Part shown: piece after piece, positions 38,401-50,600 of the stretch
How positions within the stretch are numbered: the stretch's first letter is position 1
Layout of the letters: the number at the start of each line of letters is the position of its first letter
Translations under genes and position numbers: made by a program
Assembly: GCF_963853765.1 (NCBI RefSeq)
Contig: NC_088858.1
Span: 6,882,001 to 6,946,000 of the forward strand
DNA: 64,000 nucleotides
Direction: 5' to 3'
Source of the DNA: Magallana gigas
Lineage: Eukaryota
Notes under the pieces: generated by a model
What the model was told of the DNA's origin: nothing
The model's database searches: none
What the model saw: only the letters and a program-made list of their open reading frames with translations

Positions 38401-41400
38401 CTATGTGTCAAAATGTGCCATATATGGTACTTGTTTGATTTTTCAATCAAACCAAACAATCAAACCAACAAGTGAAAAGCTGTCAATGTGACAGCAAACG
38501 GGGTTTTCTTTTATGTGAACTGTATCCATAATCCATGTCAACCTGTATCCAGTGAAATGGAGTACCCTATATGCAAAATTTTGCCAAAAAATGACTAAAT
38601 TCAAAAGCTTGTATTTTTTTCATAAATTATCAGAAATAAAATCCTAGCAGTATGCATACCTCTGATATATGTTCAATTGATCTGCAAAAGAACAACTTCT
38701 TATCTAGAGAACTGTAGGAGGAGTTATCCGTACAATGAGGGTACCCTATTTGCAATATTTTGCCAAAAAATGACTAAGTTCAAAAGCTGGTATTTTTTTC
38801 ATAAATAATGGGAAATCAAAATCCTAGCAATATGCATACCTCTGATATATGTACAATTGATCTGCAAAAGAACTTCTTCCTACCTTGAGAACTGTAGGAG
38901 GAGTTATCCGTACAATGAGGGTACCCTATATGCAATATTTTGCCCAAAAAATGACTAAGTTCAAAAGCTGCTATTTTTTTCATAAATAATCGGAAATCAA
39001 TATCCAAGCAATATGTACACCTCTGATATATGTACAATTGATCTGCAAAAGAACAACTTCCTATCTTGAAAATTGTAGGAGGAGTTCTCCGTATAATGAG
39101 GGTACCCTTTTGGCAGCCGCCTGCCCGCCCGCCCACCCGCCCGCCATTTTCACCTGTCCATTTTAATAACTGGATTTTTCCGTTGGAAAACCCGGTTAAA
39201 AAACTTTCAACAAAAATCTATTCATTAAGTTAGAGTAAAACTTTGTTTCTAATGTTCATTGCAGCTCTGAAATACTAACTGCCAAGAATTTACTGATTTG
39301 GTTCCTAATTTTACTTCTTAATTTTCCTCATCTTTGTGACCTCTGACACAAACCTTCTTTATCCATGTGGAAGATGACCAAGTGAAACAAACTGATATCC
39401 TTTTTTTTTTTTATCTTCTAGTTCCCTCTAACAAAAACCTTTCCAATCTGCTTGGTAGATGCCCCTCTCCCACAAAACTCATCAATCTCCATTACCCTTT
39501 TCACAGAAACTTTTTCCATGCAGATGACTCCTGAAACAAAACCTATTCTACAAGACCCCTCCAACAAATACCTTTTTCATGCATCCTTTGAAGTAGTTAG
39601 TGACAATGATGCCCTGTCCCATCCGCATGGCGCGGGGGTGCCCACCCACATACAGAACTTTGCTGTCTAGCATGGTGAACGTCCCGACCATGCTCCGCTC
39701 TGTCGAGTGAATCCCGTCCACTGTCATCTTCACCTGTAAAGAACCAGAAAATCTTCATTTAACCCCCGCAAAAAATACTTTCATTAATATTGAACGAATA
39801 GATTATATATAGTTCTTACACAAAGATTGGGTTGTATACAATATTGTAACTGGCTGTTCAAGATTTTTAAATACTTTGCAATCAAAAAACATTTACGTCT
39901 ACTAATTTTAATTACTGGTATATATCTCATTATTACAGAACCTAAACAAAATATTTTAATAATTTATGTTAACTGTGAATAACTGAATTGTTTGAGTTCC
40001 TTTATTATTGATAATGTTAATATTTGATATTCTCAGATTTCACTCTGTTGGTATTAAACCTCTGGGTTTTAAGGGTTGTTGATGATCATGTGTATTCTCA
40101 TATCTAATATGATGCCATTTAATTAATTCTTTTTTGTCTATATAAATATGATTGATTTGTTCCAAAAATCAACGGGAAAACACACTGGGGGGAAACAATG
40201 CACACAGAGAAAACAAAACACAAGGAATTCCCAGAGGCCCTCAGTCAACATGGCCAACAGTGGTATCAGATCAAACCAGCATAATTACTTAACTCCATTA
40301 AAGCCCTAATTCAGACCAACCAGAAAATGAATCGAACGCTCCTCATTTTGAGTCAGTGGCCCCTGAGTAATGAAATAGCCCAAGGCTTTAGTCTTCAGGG
40401 CTTATGAAACATGTAAATATCAATTACATTTCCATCAGCTGACCAACAGTTCCAGAGTTCCAACTCTTAATACTGATGAGCAGGTTTAGAATAGATTTGA
40501 TTGGTCTCGCCAACACCACTCCCAAGCTCTTCCACAAATCTGATTTCTGAATTCACACAGGGGCTATTGGTGCCCACAAAATGCCACATCCTTCACGCTC
40601 CTGTAATAAACCTAGTCCCAATTCCACACAGGGTCTCCTAGAAAGGTTAGCTTTACACAAATTACACATTGCTCTTTACTGGATCCATTGAAGTAAGCAT
40701 TGAAGTGAACACTGGTCCTCACATTGATTCAATATAACAACAATATAACAAAGTAACAAGCTCAGACAAAGACAGTTCTACCTACATCTCTGTAACGCCA
40801 TGCTTTTCCTCAAATGTCAATGACATGATTCCACTAAATACATGTAGCTAGTTTTTTTCTCTAGTGCAGCGACTCTAAAGATCTTTGAAGATTTCCAGGT
40901 GGAAACCATCATTTAATATCATGTTATGTAACAGACTTGGATTGATATATGACATGTGTTACTATCAGAAAATACATTCCCTCACTTAACCTTGAACTCT
41001 AAGATATTTCTTCAGATCTAACATGATTTTAAAGAAGAATTACTTGCGAGTAACTTTATAAGAACAAACTACAGAATGATATTGTTGTTCGTCCCTCGGT
41101 GGCAAAATTACCCAATACAAAACATGTAATAGGTTACTCTTCACAGTCTACTGCAGCTTTAATCCAGCCAAACCATGCAATTTATTGAACATGTACCACA
41201 AAAGAGAAACAGCCTCAAATACATCATCCATTTTCTGTACAGATTTTGCAAACACTTGATCACAATCATGGTTGCCGTTGTGAACAATCAACAGACACGC
41301 AAGAGGACTGAACACTATATACAACAAATGTCTGACAGAGGGACATTCTTTTTTGGCAGATATATATATATATATATGGTACATTAGAGTCTTGTATTAC

Positions 41401-44400
41401 AAGTAGATCTATGATGACAAGCCTACAAACAACAAAAAATGAAACACAAGGTTCACTGGCCAATACATAAAATAATGTATCAGAAACAGGGAAACACAGG
41501 AAGGAATCCATGCAGTCATGCTTCCATGGTAACTCACAATCGCCATGGTTACTTACTATATACTTGGCATTTCCTACTGTCAGCTTTTCAATTAATGAAA
41601 AAAATTCAAACTCAATAGAAAATAAAACATTAGTTTCAAGTAAATTAAGGGTAAAAAGTGCAGAGTGATTAAAAGTTGTACACAGCGGTGCTGTCTATTC
41701 TAAACGTGTTCTATCTCAATTCGTGCTTAGTTTTCTAGCAGCTTCAAGACAATTTTGTTGCAATGCATGATTATCAGTCAAACGATAATGAACTGTCCTC
41801 ACTTAATGATGACTGAATCATTCTTTTATTTTATTAAAGTTATCTTGAAACAAATTGATGACGTTGAAGCTACCAGCAATCATAAAGATCAATGAACATA
41901 TTGCACCTATTGCATTCAGCTAAAACTGGTGCTAAAAAAATCATAAAACATAGATGTCTATAACTAAAGTTACAATAAAACATAGCTGCATGTCCTGCAA
42001 TAAATACATTGTAGATAGGAGGGAGGACAGACTCAGACAAAGGAGTTACCTTCCTTGAAGACCTGGTTAACAACAGGTGGTGCCACTGGTTGTCATCAAA
42101 GCGATAATCACTGGGACTGACATCCACCTTGGTCTCACCGCCACCTAAGTTAACAATGGCCATGATTGTTCCACTCCTCAAAGCAATGCTAATGTAGTCA
42201 CTTTTTTCACCTGAAATATACATTTCATTTGTCATTATCTGGAATCTATAAACAAGATATCTGTGAGCCAATGCTCACTAGTGATACCCCCGCTCTGATG
42301 TGGATATGCAAAATAAGCAAAGTCGACATTTAACAGAAAGCTGGCATCCGATTGGAACAGAAATATATCCCACAATATGGCATGCCTAAACAAATAGTGT
42401 GTTAAAATTTCAAGCATCTGCGATAAATAGCTGCTGAGAAATCTTTGAGAAAAATTGGTTTGAAAATTTTGGCTAAAATAAACAAAGTACTCATTCAACA
42501 GGAAGTTGACGTCCGATTGATACAAAAATATATCCCACAATATGGCATGCCAAAACAAATAGTGTGTTAAAATTTCAAGCATCTGCGATAAATAGCTGCT
42601 GAGAAATCTTTGACGGAAATTTGTTTGAAAATTTTGGCTAAAAATAAACAAAGTACTCATTACACAGGAAGTTGACGTCCAATTGGTACAAAAATACATC
42701 CCACGATATAACATGCTTATACAAATACTGTGTAAAAATTTCAAGCTTCTGCGAGAAACAGTTGCTGAGAATTTTTTGACAAAAATTTGTTTGAAAATTT
42801 TTGCTAAAAATAAACAAAGTCGTCATTTAACAGGAAGTTGACGTCTGATTGGTACACAAATATATCCCACGATATGGCATGCCTATACAAATATTGTGTA
42901 AAAATTTCAAGCATCTGCGATAGATAGTTGCTGAGAAATCTTTGACGAAAATTTGTTTGAAAATTTTAGTTAAAAAATAAGCAAAGTCGTCATTTAACAG
43001 GAAGTTGACGCCCGATTGGTACAAAAATATATCCCACGATATGGCATGCCTTAACAAACACTGTGTAAAAATTTCAAGCATCTGCGATAAATAGTTGCTG
43101 AGATAAATGCGACAGAAATTTTTGTTACGGACGGACAGACAGACGGACGGACAGACAGACGGACACACAAGGGTAAAACAGGATACCCCCTCTCCTTCGG
43201 AGCGGGGTATAAAAAAAAGTTTTGTTGTTACAGTCAAATGATATCTTGAATATATTTTTTTAATTGATAAGAATCTGTGACCAGTTTTTTTGGTACTATT
43301 ATTCTGACCTTATAAAGAAGGAATTTTTACCAAAATGCATGGAAACAAGTTTAATTTTCCACATTAGAATGATTCCATCGAAATAAATCAGATTTTTCAA
43401 ACCTAACCTTTTGGAAGTCACAAAAACATGTCCTTAACATGGCTCATTTGCATTTGCAAACTTTGATCACAAATGCTAATGTAATTTCCTTTGTAGCAGA
43501 AGAGCTGATACATGTATTTACAGAAATAATATCTTTTTAATGAAATATCAGTGAACAGAATGTGACTTGAACCGCATCGAAAAATTCCCAATACTCAGAT
43601 AAGAGTTTACAGTTACCGTCTCCTGCAAAGGGGTTTTATGAATAACAGCTATACTTTAATTGCATGCTTCTCCAGAACTTTACTAAAACAAGAGTACTAC
43701 CAGCCATCCCCTGCACCCCCCCCCCCCCCCCCCAAACAAATATCAAGAATAGCGGACACTGACAAAGAGCAATTGGTGAAATTGAATGATGACATTCCAT
43801 TATTCTTTTTTCACGTGCAACAAAATTCATTTTCATGTCATTATAATCTTAAGATTCACACAATTAAATTTATACAGTACTGTTTCTGAATCAAAGCGTT
43901 AAGCAATTGCACAAAACCAACCAGAGCATGCAAAAAGGATAACTGATATGTCATAAAACCCAAAGATTAATTTGTTTAATAATTTGAATGAAATACTTTT
44001 GTTGATTGAACTAACAGATGCTGAACCTTCATAATAAAGAACATTATCATCACAGCCTGTAAGATTATTCTTACTTTAAATTTTTTAATATGACTTGCTG
44101 CCATTTGTTTTTAATCTTGTATTCTATATTTTGGTGAACATTCAATTTCCACTTGTCATAAACTTGTCAAGTTCCTGATTTTCCAAAGCTACATGCAAAA
44201 CCTAATATATGTGACTCTATGTCAGTCAAAAATTAATTCAATGTGTCTCCAAATAATCTTAATTGTGATCCTTACATGTAGTACAATCTTTCAGTTTCAT
44301 TTTCATTTGAATAGTTCTAGATATCTAATAAAATCTTGAACACAAATCTGTCTATTCAAGTTGGAAAATATTTAAAAACAATATATCATAGGGTGCTCAG

Positions 44401-47400
44401 CTCTGCTTTTTATAACATTATCTACAAAGGCTTTCTATATCATTGAATTTTTTTACTTTTTTCAAGATTTTGAAAATATTCAGTAAAAATCTGACATTGA
44501 ATCTCGCAGTTTTCTCAGATTAAGAATGTTTTCGTGTCTGAATTTTATTCTTCTCTCTCGGGTGTCAAGACATTTGATTTTTAACAAAGCTCAATTGTAG
44601 TCACCGAATGTGCTTTATTTGTTTAATGCCTTGAGGGCATGATTCTAAACCTATCAATTCTCCCCCGTCAAGCATCAGACATTAGATGTCACATTCGGAT
44701 GTGCTTCATTATGCTGGGAGGGTATGAATCAGTACCTACCTGTATAGAACAGGAAGCCAGAGTGCTGCTCGGTCCGGAAATAGAACTCCACCCTGTCTGA
44801 CTGGCTGCTGATGTGGTCGGTCCGTTGCGCCATAAAGTCGTAGAAAATGTACTCTGACCCAAAGAAAGTCGCTTCTGATTTCTGGGTTTCTGTAGCAAAA
44901 CATGAGAGTATCACAAAGTTGAAAAGAATACAGTTTTTGTTCCATTGAACAATGAAATGTTAAGATGATTATTTTTAAACAAAATTCCATCCAAAGCACC
45001 AGATTAATGTAATTTGGAAGGATTTGTACAGTTTAATTTTTCACATGGACGTTAAAGTAAGGTGCTAAATTAGGGGCTATAAATTAAGGGCCATAAATAT
45101 ATATATATATATTTAATTTGTTTTGGTATGATTTATTGAAAAAGAAGTAGATTTTTTGTATCTACAAATAATTAAGACAAAAAATAGTTAACTGCATAGT
45201 GAGAGCTGCTCCTTCAGATACTTGAACATTCCACAGCTTCAATCGTTTTTTTGATGCAGCAATTAAATGCACATTTGACAATGTTATCAGGTTTTCGCAG
45301 CAAGATACTGACTGACAGAATCATTTTTGTTGCTTTCTTTCAGATAAGAAACCTTTCAATGAAGCAACTTAATTCAAGTTCCCTCTTTTCCAAAATGTAA
45401 ACACTCCAAGATAGATTGCGTGGCATATTAATATTCCAGAATCAAAAATTTCATTCTTAAAGATACAGAGCAAGTCAGAAAATGAATTTCTGGAGATAAG
45501 ACACTTCCTTTTAAACTGAGTCAACTTCTGGGAAGGCTGGAATTTTTTTATTGCAAACCATGAGCCTCTTGTATTGTTGTCAGATTGGCATCGATGAGCA
45601 TGGAAGAAAACATGAATTTTATGCTCTGATTTAATCTCTTAGTTAAAGGAAAACTTCACCCAAAAGACTTATTTTGGGAAAACCATTTCCACGATTCTGC
45701 CTGCAGTTGAATTTTCAATTAAGTATCAAAAGTTATAGCTAGGTGTTCTCAGAAATTTACATTAATCTTATCTTTTTCAATGTCTGAGAACATGTTTACA
45801 GCTTAATTAAATATTCAATATTGGTTCGCCACACACAGATGTAATTCAGTGGGGAGCAGTGGGGCATAAGTGTCAATTCTTTTTGTAATTATTACACACA
45901 TATGAATTATGTATCAAAATGAATTTTGTGAAAAAAGTTAATAGGATGTTGCATATACATTTTGATTTTCAATTATCACCATCTGCATCCAAGGAAAGAG
46001 CATTAATATTACAGAGATTCCTTCTACACCATGATATATTAAAGGAGATCAGATAAAAGCTTGTAGCATAACTATTGAAAACTTTCTTATTAATCTATTA
46101 TTTATTTTTATGTCATAGCTGTGTCAAATTTCCAAATACGTGTAATGGTTTTAAAAGATTTGGCGCCATTGAGAATTTGTCAAAAAATGTTAGAGTTTAA
46201 GAAAAGCGACTAGGAATTTTCAGTTATACTCATTTTAAATTCATCTACCATTAAGTGAGTGGGATGAAGCATAATTAAAACAGAGAAAATTTTCCTGCAT
46301 ACAGTTTTTCATTGTTCTGTTGTAGCATTTTGTTTGTTGTTTAAGAGCACATCAAGGAAGTTTCCTCTTGGGATGTCACCTATCTTTGGCAAAAGTTTTC
46401 AAATTTGATCTTCATTTGCAATTGGTGGGGTACAGCTGGTCATTGTTTGGCACATAAATGGAATACCAGTATTGATGAATAAAAAACCATTATTGTCCTT
46501 GTAAACACCCATGGCTATGTAGCTATGTAGCCTGCCAATTCTGAATGAGCTCTCCAAACTAGAGCAGCATGTGACCTTATTTTTACAAGGACTGCAACAC
46601 AGTAGCACAGCTTTTAAAGACTCACAAAATGAATGGTGAAGAAACAAAATTTCAGACAACCACATGGTCACAATTTTTACAATAATTCAATCCGTGGTTA
46701 ATTTAAGAAGTCTTGCAAACACTTTATACCTTAATGTTACATATGCATATAGATGGGTCCTCAAGTTTGACAGATTGATTTGCTTCCAGTAATGAGCGGG
46801 GAACCTTCCTGGTTGCTTGAGGATAGAGTCATCTTTTGCAGGATCACCCAAACAACAAGCATTCTGAGACCAATACATGTCCCCTTTCTACTAGCATTCC
46901 AATTTATCCCTCATCTGAGAGATGTCATAAAATGTGCTTAAAGTAACAAGGATATTGTTGATTGCAAGTGTAACCCCTGCTCACGTTGGATACCTATACA
47001 ATTCTGTCATGGAGTCATCAATTTATCTTAAAGTACAGCTATTTGCTTCAATGTCACATGAACGAGGCTTGAATTTCTAGTACACAAATATAATTGTTCA
47101 AATCAAAAATCTTTATAAATCATCATATCCTTATCAATTAATTATGATGCTAGTCAGAACTTTCTACAGTGGGTCCTCTGACTTTCATATACTGCTTTGT
47201 AAATATTATGATTTGGTCAATTGATTCTACAAAGAAAAGACTCTATCAATCTGCAGAGCTTGATTTAATTGCTTTGTTTTCCCCTGTTTTTTAACTTTGT
47301 ATCATTACAGCGTTGTGACCACTGCGAGTTTGATGACAATTATTCCCCTACCAAGATCAAAGGCCCACCACCAGAGTAAATATAATTAGTATCCCTCGTT

Positions 47401-47626
47401 TTCTATGAACTCATGCTATACATTGGTGTGGTATTGATCTCGGTACCTCTATCACACCATCAGTGGCAGACTCGGTACAATTATTATTCCAGACCATTCT
47501 TATGATGTGAACATGCAGTGAACTTGTCTGACAAAAAATACAGAGTGCAGCTCCTGAGGGACATTTTTTTTTTTACAATTTACACCAGTTAACTGGTTAG
47601 TGAAGATCTTTTTATCTTGAAATTAA

Positions 47627-47681
<55 letters not shown>

Positions 47682-50600
47682 TTATCATAAATCTCAAATT
47701 TTTCCAATATCATCACTGAATCTCTATCAAGGACATTATTAAATCTTGAGATGAAATATGAAAGGGAGAATGAAAATATATGTACCACATTCTGCTAAGT
47801 AAAGAACATGTACAAGGCCATCCTTAAAAAAATGTTTATTTGAAATTGCCACCTGGATGCTTTTAGAATCAGGAGGGAGGGACGGATTTTTTTTTCAAAC
47901 TCAAATTTAACTAAATAGAATTACTACCGGGAGACAATTCCAAACAAACAATATCATTTTGGCCCGACCAACTCAAGACTGGAGCGAGATACAACATACC
48001 ATATTTGTTTTGTTTTTGGTTGTATTATAGACTTGCAGTGAATCATAAGGCAATTTAATCAATAGAACATTTCTTACAGTAACATTTGTCATATTTTCCT
48101 GATGCCCACACATTTCGGAATCAAGAAAATAAGTTTGCCAAAAAAGTAACATATTCCACAATTCTCGAAAGTACTGTTTGTTACAAAACCCAATTACATA
48201 CATGTACTTTCCTCGACTGCCAGATTTGCTGTAACCAATCAATTTCAGGCATTGTTCCTTGGCTGAACAAACACCCTGAATGGCATTTCTATTTCATTTC
48301 CCTTCGCTGATTGTGAAACAAACCCAGCTTCCCCTCTCTCAATCACTGACAAGACTTAATACTTCATGTTTCTAAAACAAATTTTTCTACCATATCTTCA
48401 AAACTAATCTAGTTTCTATGAGGATAGTGGAAGCAATCTATGCTTTGACTTTAGTCAACAGAAGATCTACTCACAATTTACGTTATCCGGAGGTGTAAAT
48501 CCTGGTTCTCTTTGAAACGCATTAAACCTACATGTTAATCACGACATTATGCAATAAAATGGGATACAGACATTCAAATCTCCCCAAACCAATCAAGAAA
48601 CATAAAAAACTCATGAATTGAAATAGAAGCTCTTACAGAACTACAGTACCGATCAGACCCAACCTAACACCAGAGTAAACCCCAACTAAACCCCGGGTTT
48701 ACTTTTTAGGTTTACTTTGGGTTTACTCTGGGTTTACTTTTTGAAAATTTGGGTCCACTCGGGGTTTACTTTGGGTTTACTTTGGGTTTACTCTGGGTTT
48801 ACTCTGGGTTTACTTTTTGAAAATTTGGGTCCACTCGGGGTTTACTTTGGGTTTACTTGGATATTGCTTTTGAGGTCAACTGTACGCACTGAAGTGTGAA
48901 GCAGACCCGTCTTTTATCTTACCATCCTATTGCCTGCAATTTCTGCCCCTTGTATATTCCGAATACACAGTTAGCGTCTGTTTAAAGGGGTATACTTCTA
49001 ACTAGGTTTACTCTCTGTGTCCACTCTGGGTTTACTTTGGGTTTACTCTGGGTTTACTCTGGGTCCACTCTAGTAAACCCGAAGTAAACCCAGAGTAAAC
49101 CCAGAAAGTAAATCCTGGGTTTAGTTGGGGTTTACTTTCTGTTAGGTTGGGTCTGATCGGTACTGTACACGTATGTTGAGGAAACAGTTAAAGATTTGTC
49201 TAAATTTATTTAGTATTAAAAAACCCAAAATGGCATCCATGTATAAGTTCGAATACTCAAGGAAAGCTTAATTAAAGTAGCCAAAAGGCATAAATAGAAA
49301 ACAATTAAGAAGACAACACATTGCATGGTCAGTATTTATCATATTTATGGTCATAAAATTAACATTTTGGTTAGGTTAATGATGGATTATTTAGAAAACA
49401 TCAACATTTATTTTGCACATCCATTTGGTTCAGGTTGATTAAATGACATATAACAATGTAGTCAAAAGTTTTCCAAACAATTTATCCCTCCCAATGACTA
49501 ATTGATGGTGCTAGCCAACCCTGTATTATTGTGAAAAAATAATAATTTGAAATAAATTTAACTACAGCTCCAGTTATATTGCTTCTTATAATTCAAATAA
49601 AATATTTCTATATTTATGTGCCAATTGATATTTAACAAAATCTGCCCTTAAGGTGGTATATGGGACATCTGTCGCTATTATTGTTGAAGTACATTATAAT
49701 TTAAATACTAGCTTTCACTGGTTTAGAATTTTCAAATTTTACAATATCTAACCAAAAATCATGTTTTAAAAATTTTGGGAAAGGTAAAAAATTTTAAATT
49801 CCCAGCTCATGACTTACAGTTTCGTAGTGATCCCTCTAACCTAATGCGCTACACTGTTAGATGACAATTTTGGGAAAGAAATTATTCATTAAAGCATACT
49901 TGATTGTATTATTTATTTTGTTAAAAAATACGTAACAGCATGGAGGTGTCCCATACCACCTTAAGCAGCTGCATTAACAACAAGAATTCATGCTAGATTA
50001 TTAATCTCAAAGTCTTTGCTTAAAAGAAGACTTCCATACAATTCAATTCTGTTTTTGATTGGCTAAAAAATAGTTTATATCTTTAAGAACTTCTTTGTCT
50101 GCATCATATAATAAAATTTACATCAAACATTTATCAATTTGCACTTCATTTAAATTTGTGCAATTTCATTTTTATTCATGAACACAAATCATCTATTTTC
50201 AGGACACTGAATAATAAGGTTTTATAAAGAATGGACAGCCTTAAACTAGCCAGTTCTTGTAAACTTTGGTGGTAATTCAAATCATTCCTGTAGTGAACAA
50301 GCTCCAAGCAACCCGAGACAAAAGTATACTACTTTCCCATCAAATCAAAAAACACATTTAATCTAGGATATAAAATATATTCAACCCAAAGCTTTCATAA
50401 TTCTACAGGGCCAATGGAGTTATTAGAAAATAAATAGATAATCCAATAAATAAAATCAGTTAATGGCTTCGCATGAAATGCAGTACAATTATAAGTTAGA
50501 AAAGCTTGGAATGATGAGAAGAGTCGATTAACTGTTAATACGGCAAAATCACTTCTATATTGTTCTCGAACAATATTGGAGTTGGGCTGAGGACAATCAA

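Noticed and set aside
42235-43237. ORFs of 62-169 aa (also at 28617-29435) within the 167-bp repeats
   Set aside because: Translations of satellite monomers with no transposase, Rep or helicase motifs.
46687-46878. Possible SS1 exon in neurexin intron 1
   Set aside because: An acceptor-like site is present, but there is no good donor giving a phase 1-1 exon.
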